DNA of 62,779 nucleotides, filler included, from Candidatus Tectimicrobiota bacterium (lineage in GTDB: Bacteria > JACPSX01): the NCBI GenBank assembly GCA_016193065.1. It is 7 parts of 7 records of this genome, joined end to end, with 100 filler letters (N's around TTAATTAATTAA, not from the genome) between each part and the next. Parts side by side here need not be neighbours in the genome. Positions count along the whole stretch, not along the records: positions 1 to 27,074 come from JACPSX010000127.1; 6 more parts are not named here. One strand, 5' to 3'. The notes beneath the pieces are model-generated. The model did no database searches. It was not told the DNA's origin and was given only the letters and a program-made list of their open reading frames with translations. The translations under genes and the position numbers were made by a program. Position 1 is the first letter of the stretch, and each line of letters opens with the position of its first letter. This document shows positions 9,022 to 19,094 of the stretch, piece by piece.

Positions 9022-10246
9022 CTCTTCCTCCTCGTTGGGAATCCGCGGTCCAGGCAGCTTCCTCCTTCGCATAGCCGTCCTGGCCGCAAAGCCTCTCCAC
9101 ATTGGGCCGCAATACCGGGGTGAGATACATCTGCTTGCGGGCGATGTATTCGGGATAGATGGCCAATCTCTCCCGGACCTGATAGCCGCATCCAGCCGTG
9201 CGTTCGTACAGCTCACGCAAGTGAGGCCACGGTGCCTCCGGATTGATATAGTCCTGGGTCAGCGGGGAGATCCCTCCCCAGTCGTTGATCCCGGCCGAAA
9301 TGAGCGTCGGGTAAGTGTCCGGGGTCAGGTTCGGAGGTGCCTGGAGATTCATTTCGCCTCCCAAGATGAGCCTGGCCACGGCGATCGTGCGTAAAAAATC
9401 CTCCAGCGTAGGATCGGGCCTATGACGCATGGGAATCGTGGGCTTGGCCCGGAAGTTCTGGATAATCACTTCCTGTATGTGCCCGTACCGCCGGTGCAGC
9501 CGGGCGATGGCGAGCAGTGAATCGACCCGCTCGGTCCAGGTTTCCCCGATGCCGATGAGAATCCCGGTCGTGAACGGAATGTTCAAGCGCCCCGCCTCTT
9601 CCAAAGTGCGTAGCCGCCGGGAGGGAACCTTATCGGGAGCCCTGTCGTGGGCTCCACCAGTTTCCAGCAAACGCGGGCTCACACTCTCCAGCATGAGACC
9701 TAGGCTCACGTTCACCTCCCGCAGCCTCCGCAAGTCCCGCGGTCCCATGAGACCCGGATTGGAATGCGGGAGAAGCGATGACTTCTCAATCACCAGGCGG
9801 CAAACGGCAGCCAGGTAGTCCAGTGTTCTGCGGAATCCGAGCCGCCGGAGTTCCTCCCGAGCCTCGGCAAACAGAGCCTCGGGCCGGTCTCCGAGACTGA
9901 AAAGGGCTTCCTTGCAACCCAATTCCGCCCCCCGGTTTACGACCTCCAAAACCTCATCAGGGGTCAGGGTCTTGGCTCCCACATCTCCAGGATCTTTGCG
10001 GAACGTGCAGTAGCCGCAGTAGTCCCGGCAAAGGTTCGTGAGGGGGATAAATACCTTGGGGGAATAGGTAATTGTCTTGCCCTTGTGCCGGTCGGCCAGT
10101 TCCCGCGCCGCTCTCAGCAAAGACGAAAACTCTTCCCCTTCCACGTCTGCCAGGAGAAGTGCCTCCTCCCGCGTGATCGTCTCCCCTTCTCCCGCCTTAC
10201 AGAGGATCTCTTCCACAGCCGGCTTGAACTTGACTGCGCTGGACAT
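9005..10246 (-). CDS. cofG: FO synthase subunit CofG (radical SAM)
   Basis: ITYSPKVFIPLTNLCRDYCGYCTF, EALFSLGDRPE, PHSNPG, PFTTGILIGIGE, QAPPNL, GINDWGGISP. Confidence 0.94.
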   Translation of the reverse strand: MSSAVKFKPAVEEILCKAGEGETITREEALLLADVEGEEFSSLLRAARELADRHKGKTITYSPKVFIPLTNLCRDYCGYCTFRKDPGDVGAKTLTPDEVLEVVNRGAELGCKEALFSLGDRPEALFAEAREELRRLGFRRTLDYLAAVCRLVIEKSSLLPHSNPGLMGPRDLRRLREVNVSLGLMLESVSPRLLETGGAHDRAPDKVPSRRLRTLEEAGRLNIPFTTGILIGIGETWTERVDSLLAIARLHRRYGHIQEVIIQNFRAKPTIPMRHRPDPTLEDFLRTIAVARLILGGEMNLQAPPNLTPDTYPTLISAGINDWGGISPLTQDYINPEAPWPHLRELYERTAGCGYQVRERLAIYPEYIARKQMYLTPVLRPNVERLCGQDGYAKEEAAWTADSQRGGRDARVV

Positions 10247-10259
10247 CTCTTCTCTTTCG

Positions 10260-10970
10260 TCAGTGACTCTTTTGCGAAAGCTGGGTACCCGGAAGCCGGG
10301 TGCCCACCGGCTTAAGCACGTGCGGTAATCCGCTGATCTCCACACATGCGGCTTTCACCCCATAGCGTCTGTTGATGCCGAGAAGAACCGCGGTCATTCC
10401 CTCCAGGAACACGGCGTTTTCCAGAGATCCCGCGTCGATGGCCCTCACCCCGAGCTCTCTTACGAGATCGAGAACAACTTGCTTCGCCCCGGCATCATCT
10501 CCGCACACCAGCGCGTCGCAATCGATTGGGTTCTCGGCTTCATCGTATCGATGAGCCGAAAGGTTGTGCAATGCCCCGACGACATTCACGTCCGGACCCA
10601 GGAGGGTCTGGGCTTCCTGTGCCGCCGAACCTTCCACGGGGAAAGCAAGCCGGGTCGGGTTTTGTGGGTGTAAGGGGACGGTGACATCAATCACCACCTT
10701 GCCCTGGACCCGATCCCGCATCTGCAACAACAGGCCACGATGCCCCCTGGAGGTAACAGCGAGAACGACCACTTCTCCTTTTTCCGCCGCTTCCTCGTTG
10801 GTTCCTCCCTCAAAACGCCCGCCCCGGATTTCCTGGGAAAGTTCCTCGGCAATACGGAGCGCCTTTTCACGCTGCCGCGAGCCAATGAAAATCGTGTTTC
10901 CCGCCAAGGCCCAGCGCCGGGCCAGAGCTTTGCCCTCCTTCCCCGTCCCTCCCAGAATGGCAATTTTCAT
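10260..10970 (-). CDS. npdG: NADPH-dependent F420 reductase (F420H2:NADP+ oxidoreductase, Fno)
   Basis: ILGGTGKEG.ALA.RWA, IGSR, DVTVPL, GSAAQEAQ, ALHNLSA, LVCGDD, INRRY. Confidence 0.92.
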   Translation of the reverse strand: MKIAILGGTGKEGKALARRWALAGNTIFIGSRQREKALRIAEELSQEIRGGRFEGGTNEEAAEKGEVVVLAVTSRGHRGLLLQMRDRVQGKVVIDVTVPLHPQNPTRLAFPVEGSAAQEAQTLLGPDVNVVGALHNLSAHRYDEAENPIDCDALVCGDDAGAKQVVLDLVRELGVRAIDAGSLENAVFLEGMTAVLLGINRRYGVKAACVEISGLPHVLKPVGTRLPGTQLSQKSH

Positions 10971-11013
10971 GGTCCCCCCCTATTGCCCGTTCCGTCGGAT
11001 GAACTGAGCTCTA

Positions 11014-11769
11014 CTAACGGAAAATATCCGCCTCAGGCGATCGAATGAGATGGCTTCCTTTCCCCGCTTCCCCTGAGGAAGAAAAGCCCTTCACCTGGGC
11101 AACGGGAATCCTCCGGGTCTTTCCCAGGACCAATTCCCCGGCCCCGGCGAGTTCATCGGCCACGGCGGCCAAGGAGGCTTTCATCTCATAGCCGAAGGTG
11201 TCCTCCTTCCCCCGGTAGTCGATCAGAGGCTCCAGCCCCGCGATCCCGAGGGCCACATCGACGGTCCCCTCCCGCCAGGGCCTTCCGAAGCTGTCACTGA
11301 TAATGACCGCCGGTTGCACGCCGGCCAGCTCCTGGAGCCCCCGCCGGATCTGCGCGGCCGATGCATCCGGCTCCTTGGGCAGCAGGGCCACCCGGCCGGG
11401 TCCCACGTTGGAGGCATCGACCCCTCCGTTCGCGCAGATAAAGCCGTGATGGGTCTCCACCACGAGAACACCCCGGTCCATCCGCACGATGCGGCGGCAC
11501 TCGCGCAAAACGACCTCCACGAGCCTGGGATCCTTCCCCGTCTGCTTGGCAACGGTGTGTGCAAAGGGCGATGGGGTCACCTCGCTGAGCTCGACGATCC
11601 GACCCTCCGCCTTGGAGACGATCTTGTGAGCCACCACCAGGATGTCGCTGGAGGAGAGGGTAAGCTGCCCCTTCCGGCAAGCCTCCACGATCAGCGCGGC
11701 GACGTTGTCGCCGTAGCGGACCTCGGGGATGTGCTCAACCCCGATCACTTCAAGTCGAAATGAGGCCAT
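11014..11769 (-). CDS. cofE: coenzyme F420-0:L-glutamate ligase (single domain)
   Basis: HKIVSKAEGR, GFICANGGVDASN, ISDSFGRPWREG, AVADELA. Confidence 0.94.
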   Translation of the reverse strand: MASFRLEVIGVEHIPEVRYGDNVAALIVEACRKGQLTLSSSDILVVAHKIVSKAEGRIVELSEVTPSPFAHTVAKQTGKDPRLVEVVLRECRRIVRMDRGVLVVETHHGFICANGGVDASNVGPGRVALLPKEPDASAAQIRRGLQELAGVQPAVIISDSFGRPWREGTVDVALGIAGLEPLIDYRGKEDTFGYEMKASLAAVADELAGAGELVLGKTRRIPVAQVKGFSSSGEAGKGSHLIRSPEADIFR

Positions 11770-12392
11770 TGTAAGTCCTCTGATCCGGGAGCGCCCGGAC
11801 CGTCAGTTCCAGCCGGGATACTCTTTTTCTCACCCCGATGGAGGTCAGATACCGGTACGTTTCACCACTGCGGGCTTCCTCGAGATAGGCAGCCACATCT
11901 TCGGGCCGGTCCAGGTCCAGGCCCAGGCGGGGCCGCTCAACTACGGAGCAGGGAATCCCAAGTCGAAGGGCCAGATCATGATGAGGGTGGAAGCTGTTGT
12001 TCCCAAACGTGAGAGGCATGACATCGCCGGGACAGCGCAAGGCCCCATTGGTCCCGCAGCCATCCCGGGCCGGACACAGGACAACCCGGGGAGAGCCGTC
12101 GGATTCCGCCACCAGGGCATCCACATCTTCCGGCCACACCAGGGGAACATCCGCAGGAATCACCAGCAGGCCGTCCACAGTGCCCGACAAGACCCGTGTT
12201 CCCCCGGCGACGGCCTCCGTCTCTCCCGAGGACGACAACGCGACTGATGCGGCTTGCCTCTGCCACCACGCTGACCACGTCCCTGAGCATCGCCAGGGCC
12301 AGTTGATAGCGCTCCGCGGCAGCCAGCAGCCCGGACAGGCGCTGTTTGGAGTGCTCGGGATCTTTCAAAGGAATCAGGGCTGCAATTCTCAT
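11750..12392 (-). pseudogene. cofC: 2-phospho-L-lactate/PEP guanylyltransferase, frameshifted by an internal deletion near 12220 (possibly an assembly error)
   Basis: IPLK....KQRLS.LL...ER..L..AMLRDV in one frame; IPADVPL, PARDG.GTN, FG.NSF..H, LDLDRPED in another. Confidence 0.85.
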
Positions 12393-13287
12393 TGCTGTTC
12401 CCGTTCTATCCTGGCCAGGATCTCTGTTGCCAGCCTCCTGCGCTCATCGCGATTCTTCATGATTGTTTCCGCCACCAGGACCTCAAGCCCCAGAGCTGAA
12501 ACAGCCGGGGCCAGGTCCCGATCGATTGAATCAATGACCACCAGATCGGCTACATCTTCCAGGGCTCGGGCCACCCCCAACGCCGAGACCTCCCAGCCCC
12601 GCGCCGCCATGAGCTTATGGGCAGGACCGCTGACCGCCGCCCCGCCCACAATAGGGCTCACGGCGAAAACGGGAGCCCGGGTATCTCTTAAAGCCTCGCG
12701 AATCCCGGGTACGGCCAGGATCGGCCCCAGGCTGGTCACCGGATTACTGGGACAAAGAATGACCGCCCGGGCTTCCAGGATGGCGGCAATTACCCCCGGG
12801 GCCGGTCGTGCCACCTCCACTCCTTTGAAATACACTGCATTGACATCTTCCTGCCAGGCTCCCTTGACAAAAAACTCCTGGAAGTGGCGGTCCCCTCCCG
12901 GAGTCACCACATGGGTCTCGACGCGGTCATTGCTCATGGGGAAAACCCTCGTCTCCACCCCCCAGGCGCGACGCAACGAATCAATGGCCTCGGCCAGCGT
13001 CCGGCCGCGCCGAAGCTCGAGAGTGCGGTGAATGTGGCTCGCCAGATCCCGGTCTCCGAGCCGGAACCAGGTCTCGTGCCCAAGCCGCCCCAGGGACTCC
13101 AGGCAACAAAAAGAATCCCCCGCAATCCCCCACCCCTTCTCCCAATCAATGATTCCGGCCGAAGCCCATAGAGATCAATATCATCCCCCGTGTTGCAGAT
13201 CAGGGTCAGAGCGGCAGGATCGCTCTCCTGGAGCAGCCCATCCACGAGTTTTGCAGCACCGGTTCCGCCCGCAAGCAGTGTAATCAC
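12389..13287 (-). pseudogene. cofD: 2-phospho-L-lactate transferase, frameshifted by a deletion near 13160 (possibly an assembly error)
   Basis: LAGGTGAAKL, NTGDD..LYGLR, then jumps frame to AGIID...WG..GDSF, WFRLGDRDLA, HFQEFFV, PSNPVTS, VSGPA; the conserved SPDLDT..YTL segment is missing. Confidence 0.88.
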
Positions 13288-13482
13288 TGGCCCCCCGGAA
13301 TTCCTTAAGACTTTTAGAGTTCCGCAGAAAAATGGCTACTGTGGGTCACTGATTCGGCGTAAGGATTATTTTAAAGGTTTCCCCTATCCACCGCAAGAGT
13401 AAATAGTTGCAGCAGGCAAGAGAACACCGCCTAACCCCTTCCTCGACCGCCGGACAATACACGACCAGAGCGCCCGGGTTGG

Positions 13483-14691
13483 TCACTTCTGCAGTGAAGG
13501 GGCAGGGCTGGCGGGCTCCCGGATAAAGGACTCATCCTTCCCCGGAGGGATCGGAACCCGCTCCCGCTGCTTCCGGGTCAGACGCACCACAATCTTGCGA
13601 TTGCGTTCATATTCCTCAATGGGATGGATCTCGAGCAGTCCCTCGCTTTCGAGTTGGGAAAATGCCTCTTCGCCTCTGGGCGTCCGGATCACTACGATGG
13701 TCCATCCCATGAGGCCCGCGCCGCCAAAGGAAATGTCCGCCAGCTCGGCGGAAAAGTCGGCACAGTGATGGCACTCGGGCCGCACGTATTCCTGAGATTC
13801 CTTCAGGCTCACCTTCGCCACGTCGCCGTCTTTTTTGTAGATGAGCACCTCGCCCTTGACGTTAAACTTCCGGACGTCTTCCAGGGGGATGCCCATCTCC
13901 CCCTCAATCTTTCCCACCATCAGCCCTTCGTAACTGAACACCTCGGTGCAAAACAGACCCAGGTTCAAACGGACAATCTCGGAAAACCCCTTGAGAAACT
14001 TGCGCTGCTGGCTTATGTGTTTCTCTTTCTTGCGGCCGTTGTCCAGAAAGCCCGGGTCCACCGTCTCCAGCTTGCGCAACGGGGTCACCTGACAGGGAAC
14101 CCCCACAAAGGCCACCTTCTTCAACCCCCGCTCCATTGCATCGGCCAGAGCCAGGTTGTTGGGCACATAGGTGTACCAGGAACCTCCCGCCGCGATGATC
14201 TCCTCCTCCGTGGTCACCACCTTGGGAACCGGATTGCAGCGCGTGTTCCCATCGAGAGCCGAGACCACCGCGCCGTCAATGATTCCCTTCCGCAAGGCCC
14301 ACACCAGCAGCGCCGTGACGACTCCGCCGTCCTGGCAAAGCTTCAGGATTCCGGAATCGTTGCAGCGGGCCACCACGATCCGCCGGTAAACTCCGAAGTT
14401 CGCCTGGTACGGCTTGTCCGCGCCGAAGACCGCATCGCGGAGGTGGTGCTCCCGGGGATAGAGCCGGGGACAGGCCTGGGCACAGACATCGCACCCGATC
14501 CCCTCGCTGATTCCGCAGTAGTCAAAGGGGGCGCTCTTCTTGGCCACTTGCTGGGGCTTGGAATTGATGTAATCAATCACGTTGTGGGGGCACACTAGAA
14601 CGCAGGTGCCGCATTCGCAGCAGCTCCCGTAAGCCACCACTTCGTTCATCATGTCTTTGAAGCTTGGATTGTTCATGTTCCCTCTGCTCAT
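13483..14691 (-). CDS. coenzyme F420 hydrogenase/dehydrogenase beta-subunit family (FrhB/FpoF-like) with N-terminal ferredoxin domain
   Basis: CCECGTCVLVCP, C..CDVCAQACP, QDGGVVTALL, VGVPCQ, GLFC, CHHCADFSAELADIS.G. Confidence 0.9.
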   Translation of the reverse strand: MSRGNMNNPSFKDMMNEVVAYGSCCECGTCVLVCPHNVIDYINSKPQQVAKKSAPFDYCGISEGIGCDVCAQACPRLYPREHHLRDAVFGADKPYQANFGVYRRIVVARCNDSGILKLCQDGGVVTALLVWALRKGIIDGAVVSALDGNTRCNPVPKVVTTEEEIIAAGGSWYTYVPNNLALADAMERGLKKVAFVGVPCQVTPLRKLETVDPGFLDNGRKKEKHISQQRKFLKGFSEIVRLNLGLFCTEVFSYEGLMVGKIEGEMGIPLEDVRKFNVKGEVLIYKKDGDVAKVSLKESQEYVRPECHHCADFSAELADISFGGAGLMGWTIVVIRTPRGEEAFSQLESEGLLEIHPIEEYERNRKIVVRLTRKQRERVPIPPGKDESFIREPASPAPSLQK

Positions 14692-14731
14692 GGGGGGACC
14701 TTCTTCCCCGAACCCGTTGCCAGCCTATAGT

Positions 14732-15691
14732 TTAGCTCATGTATCGGTTCTCGCGGTAGTAGCGTTCGGCGCCCCGGTGCAGGGGGGCTCCGAGTCCCTT
14801 CCACATCGAATAAGGATCAATGGGATAGGTCATCGGGCTGCGCTCGGGAGGCTGATGGCGGTAGCGGGACTCCAACTCACCTCGTTCTTCCACCATTACC
14901 GCCGTGATCAGATACGCAAGTTCCTCGGGCATGTCCTCGCGGACGACAATCGCCCAGTGAGACCAGTCCAGACAGGAGACGTCCTGTTCCGCGTTGAACC
15001 GTTCCTTTTTGAGAACGGCGGGACGCAGGCCGCAATTCGACTCCAACTCGCGGAGCGCTCCCGCCTCCATGGGCACGAACCGCATCGGAACGGTCTTCAC
15101 CATTTCATACCATTGCGGGACCATGATCCCCTCGTTGAAAGCCGCATCCGCTTCGCCGCGAGTCACCCAGGGGAGACATTTGCGCGGATGATCGTGCTCC
15201 AGCCACTTCCCGCCCCAAGCCTCGATATCTGCGGGGTCGATTCCATGAGCCCGAAACACCTGCTCGACCGCGTAACTCATCAGATTGAGTGGATCCCGGC
15301 AGGTGGTGGCGAGCCGCAGAGGGTAATGACGGTTTTTCAGATCCGCGAAGGAGGTGATCCCCGTGTCCGCCCGCACTGCGAAGACGAGACGATCATCTTG
15401 AGGAATATATCCCAGGGCACGCAGGTGCGGATACGGCGTCCCCGCGAAGAAATGTTCGCCCGCCCTCGCCCACTCCAGAGCAACATCCGCCGGCGTGGTG
15501 ACGGCAAGATCGACCAGCCCTTTCGCCACCGCGTCTATGTTGTCGCGATAGCCGGTACCCGTATAAATGAGGAATTGCGACCCCGGGGCGCTGCGCCAGC
15601 GCAAGTTCGCGGCGATCCACCCGACGATCATATGAAAGTTCGCGTTACCCCAGTCACCCATTAATTTTAAATTTAGCCGAGGTTTCATCAA
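14732..15691 (-). CDS. TAXI-family solute-binding-fold protein lacking a signal peptide
   Basis: TGYRDNIDAVAKG.VDLA, FAVRADTGITSFADL, VREDMPEELAY.IT, PLHRGAERYYRE. Confidence 0.75.
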   Translation of the reverse strand: MMKPRLNLKLMGDWGNANFHMIVGWIAANLRWRSAPGSQFLIYTGTGYRDNIDAVAKGLVDLAVTTPADVALEWARAGEHFFAGTPYPHLRALGYIPQDDRLVFAVRADTGITSFADLKNRHYPLRLATTCRDPLNLMSYAVEQVFRAHGIDPADIEAWGGKWLEHDHPRKCLPWVTRGEADAAFNEGIMVPQWYEMVKTVPMRFVPMEAGALRELESNCGLRPAVLKKERFNAEQDVSCLDWSHWAIVVREDMPEELAYLITAVMVEERGELESRYRHQPPERSPMTYPIDPYSMWKGLGAPLHRGAERYYRENRYMS

Positions 15692-15703
15692 CGCGCGCCG
15701 TCC

Positions 15704-16741
15704 TTAGAGTTCCAGCAGGGGTTTCACCTGCGTGTTGAATTTTTCCAATTGCCACAGCGGATCGAGCGAGGCGAACAAAATCGCGATCCTCTTTGCCGCC
15801 GGCACTTCATTCATGAGACGAAGCCAGCGGTTGAGGACCTTCGCCACCACCTCCGGCGACCCGAACCCGCCGGACTTTTCCAGTCCCTCCAGGCTCGGGT
15901 TCCCCTGGACTTGATGGTATCCTCTCGCCACCCGCGCGTTGTACCAGTCCGAAACTTCCCTGCGCACCTGGTTCATATCCTCGTTGATATTGAACAAGCC
16001 GAAGCAGGCTACCGTGAGATCGTAGTCCTCATCCTTGATCGTACGGCCGTTTGCCTGGGCGACCGTCTTGATTTGTTTCACCCCTTCCTTGAGAGTCTGC
16101 GCGTCCTGCTCGCTGAGCGTCAGGGGACCGCCCGGGAGCCAGCCGTCCCAGCGGGCGGCGCGCTTCAGCCAGCGGCTGGCAAAGCCTCCCGAAAGTCCCG
16201 CACCCGGGGCGAAGCGGGCCGCGGATCCATGAAAGCCGCCCCCGACGATGATCTTGGGATGCGGTTTCTGAATCGGTTTCGGCTTTTGCACCACACCTTT
16301 TAGCTCGTAGAATTCTCCCTTAAAGTCGACTTCCTCCTCCGTCCAGAGCCGCCGCATGATCTCCAACATTTCATCCGTCCTCCGGCCCCGCGATTCATAG
16401 GGAACTCCCATGTGCTCAAATTCCGTCGGATGCCCGCCGACGCCGACGCCGAAGATAAAGCGGCCGTTGGAGAGGTGGTCCACGGTGACGATGCGCCGGG
16501 CCAGATCGACGGGATGATACAGCGGTACCTGCAAGACGATGGTTCCCAGCTTGATGCGCTTGGTGCGCACCGCGAGCGCCGAGAGGATGTCCAGCATGTC
16601 GTAGCCGTGGATCTCACGGGAGATGAATCCGGGAATCCACATTGAGTTGTAGCCCATCTCCTCCATGGTCACAGCAAAGTCCTGCCGCATCGGCTCGTCG
16701 ATGTTGCTGCCGATTGTAAACGCAAAACCGATCTCCACCAT
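15704..16741 (-). CDS. LLM-class oxidoreductase, probably F420-dependent
   Basis: TKRIKLGT.VL, TVDHLSNGRFIFGVGVGG..EF, PKPIQKPHP; GGAGG RBS before MVEIG. Confidence 0.9.
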   Translation of the reverse strand: MVEIGFAFTIGSNIDEPMRQDFAVTMEEMGYNSMWIPGFISREIHGYDMLDILSALAVRTKRIKLGTIVLQVPLYHPVDLARRIVTVDHLSNGRFIFGVGVGGHPTEFEHMGVPYESRGRRTDEMLEIMRRLWTEEEVDFKGEFYELKGVVQKPKPIQKPHPKIIVGGGFHGSAARFAPGAGLSGGFASRWLKRAARWDGWLPGGPLTLSEQDAQTLKEGVKQIKTVAQANGRTIKDEDYDLTVACFGLFNINEDMNQVRREVSDWYNARVARGYHQVQGNPSLEGLEKSGGFGSPEVVAKVLNRWLRLMNEVPAAKRIAILFASLDPLWQLEKFNTQVKPLLEL

Positions 16742-16770
16742 TTGCCTTCCTCCGTTCTGAATAGTCAAAT

Positions 16771-17868
16771 TTATTTTTTGCTCCCGCTCAACAGCATTCC
16801 CCGGTATTTCGCCAGAAGCTTTTGCAGGCGGTCTCCATGCTCGACCAGGTACTCCGCCGTGAATACCTTGATGTTCTTTACGTCTTTGAATTCCTTCTCG
16901 AACCAGAGCGCGTAATTCGAATCCTTGACAAGGTGGGATCCCGACCGGGAGAAATTCCAGACGATGTCCTGCCCTTCCTTGGTCTGCAAGGCCGCCATGT
17001 AAAGCATGGCCACATTGGGATGAGCCGCGTGCTTGGGAATCGCCATGTAGAAGGGGGACAAACTGGCCGCGTCTTTGGGAATCACATAATCGATCGGCGC
17101 CCCGGCTTCTTTCAGGAGTAGAACCTCATTGTTGGAGCAGTTAAACAGGAACATGGCAAACTCGCCCCGCGCCACTCTCTCTTCTTCTCCGGCGCAGCGA
17201 ATGAGCCCTCTCACATACTCCTTGGTAAATACCTGCATGAAGGCGTCCACCTTCTCCTCGCCGATCATATCCGCCCAGCGATCAAAACCCGCCGCATACG
17301 GCGTGGAGGCGATTTTCCCTTTCCATTTGGGTTTCAGAACGTCGGTTGTATTCCTGGGGACTTCCGCGGGGGAAACGAGATTCGTGTTGTAGTCGATCCC
17401 GCGGTCTCCGGACCAAACCCATACGGCCCGTCCCCCCAGCTCGACCGACTTATCCGGAAAATGAGGGAACACTTTTTTCCAATCCACGGCGAGCAAAACA
17501 TCCGCCTTATACAAAGGCGCATACAGAGCAGCGTTTCCGAGATAGACGTCGCTCGTCGCGGCAACACCCGCCTTGTTTTCCTGGAGGACCTTGGTGGCCA
17601 TCAGAGTCATATCCGGCCCGGCCGTAAAATTAAACTTGAGATTCAAGCCGTACTTCTGGTTGATGAGCTTCTCGAGAGCCGCCGTCCCCTTGAATCCTCC
17701 CATGGAGCTCTCGGACCAAACCAGGTCCAGACGCCCTTCGCGCCGGGCCCCCGCAATAATACTGTCCAGCGTGGGCGCGGCGGACTTGGAAGGAACCTGG
17801 GCCTGTGCGTACACAACTCCGGGCAGCAGACACACGAAAAGAACCCATAATGCGATTTTCCGACTCAT
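16771..17868 (-). CDS. ABC transporter substrate-binding protein (Fe3+/polyamine/thiamine-like cluster)
   Basis: signal peptide MSRKIALW..VYA; ARREGRL, YNTNLV, PKWKGKI, GAPIDY, AAHPN.A. Confidence 0.85.
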   Translation of the reverse strand: MSRKIALWVLFVCLLPGVVYAQAQVPSKSAAPTLDSIIAGARREGRLDLVWSESSMGGFKGTAALEKLINQKYGLNLKFNFTAGPDMTLMATKVLQENKAGVAATSDVYLGNAALYAPLYKADVLLAVDWKKVFPHFPDKSVELGGRAVWVWSGDRGIDYNTNLVSPAEVPRNTTDVLKPKWKGKIASTPYAAGFDRWADMIGEEKVDAFMQVFTKEYVRGLIRCAGEEERVARGEFAMFLFNCSNNEVLLLKEAGAPIDYVIPKDAASLSPFYMAIPKHAAHPNVAMLYMAALQTKEGQDIVWNFSRSGSHLVKDSNYALWFEKEFKDVKNIKVFTAEYLVEHGDRLQKLLAKYRGMLLSGSKK

Positions 17869-17965
17869 TGAACCTCTCCTTCTGCAAGCCGTTTCAAACG
17901 GCTTTGTCTCCGGACGAACAAGGCGATTTTCTTCTGCGCTCGCTGCGCGACCACCGATCCGAATT

Positions 17966-19057
17966 TCATCTGCCCGCAAAAACCAATATTTTTTCTTTCG
18001 GGAGCCTGGCGTAGACGGTTTTGGGCAGATCGATATCGTGAAACGTTTTCCATACCATCCGTGTCGGGCCGACGCGAAGGTGATACCAGATCTGATCGCC
18101 CAAAAACGTTTGCGATATCACCTCGGCCGGAAATTCGTTTTCGCCCGCCGCGGCGGACGAAGCGACACACAGATGTTCGAGCCGGATCCCCAATAAAATC
18201 TCATCGTCGTTTCCAAGCCCCTGCGTGCCGATCCGAACTTCTCCGATGGGAGTCTCCACGAGACCGTCGCGAATGACCCGCCCCGACAGCCAGTTCATCG
18301 TCCCCAGAAGGGTGGCCACTTCGTGACTCGCGGGCTTCTTATAGACTTCCCTCGGCAAGGACACTTGCTTGACTTCCCCGTTGGCCAGAACCGCGATGCG
18401 GCTGGCCAGAGCCATTGCTTCGATCTGATCATGGGTGATGTAGAGCACCGTGATGCCGATTTGCCGGGTCAGGTTCTTGATTTCTTCCCGCACTTCTTCC
18501 CGCAGGCGCGCATCCAGGTTGCTCAAAGGCTCGTCCATGAGGAGGACTTTCGGTTCTATGGACAAGGCGCGGGCCACGGCGACTCTTTGCTGCTGGCCGC
18601 CGCTCAGCAGCGAAGCGGGCCTATCCATGAGTGCGTCCATTTGCACGAGCTTGAGAACTTCCCGGCCCTTCTCGACGGCCAGACGCCTGGGCATGCGTCT
18701 TTTCCCGCGGATGAGCGGCAACGTGACGTTATCAAGCACGCTCAGGTGAGGCCAGATCGCGTAGGACTGAAACACCATCCCGATTCCCCGGTCCGCGGGA
18801 TCCAGGGCGATCCTCTTCGATTTGGAGAAAACCACGCGGCCGTCCAACGAAATCTCCCCCTCGTCGGGTTCTTCCAATCCGCTCACACAGCGGAGCAGCG
18901 TGCTTTTTCCGGAACCGCTGGGCCCCAGGAGAACGAAGAACTCGCCTTCCCGGACCTCCAGCGTCACGTTTCGCAGCGGCTGAACCTGCCTCGTCCCCAC
19001 GTTAAAGATCTTGCTCACGCCCCGGATTTCAATCACGCCCGGTCCTTCTCTCCCCAA
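17966..19057 (-). CDS. ABC transporter ATP-binding protein (FbpC/PotA-like, TOBE domain)
   Basis: GPSGSGKS, VFQSYAIWPH, LSGGQQQR, LMDEPLSNLDARLR. Confidence 0.93.
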   Translation of the reverse strand: MGREGPGVIEIRGVSKIFNVGTRQVQPLRNVTLEVREGEFFVLLGPSGSGKSTLLRCVSGLEEPDEGEISLDGRVVFSKSKRIALDPADRGIGMVFQSYAIWPHLSVLDNVTLPLIRGKRRMPRRLAVEKGREVLKLVQMDALMDRPASLLSGGQQQRVAVARALSIEPKVLLMDEPLSNLDARLREEVREEIKNLTRQIGITVLYITHDQIEAMALASRIAVLANGEVKQVSLPREVYKKPASHEVATLLGTMNWLSGRVIRDGLVETPIGEVRIGTQGLGNDDEILLGIRLEHLCVASSAAAGENEFPAEVISQTFLGDQIWYHLRVGPTRMVWKTFHDIDLPKTVYARLPKEKILVFAGR

Positions 19058-19094
19058 TTAAAACCGCATCGATCGCCTCTCCAGGGATCACGCC

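Noticed and set aside
11750-13287. Programmed frameshifting in cofC and cofD
   Set aside because: Conserved residues are physically absent at the junctions, so these are deletions rather than recoding sites.
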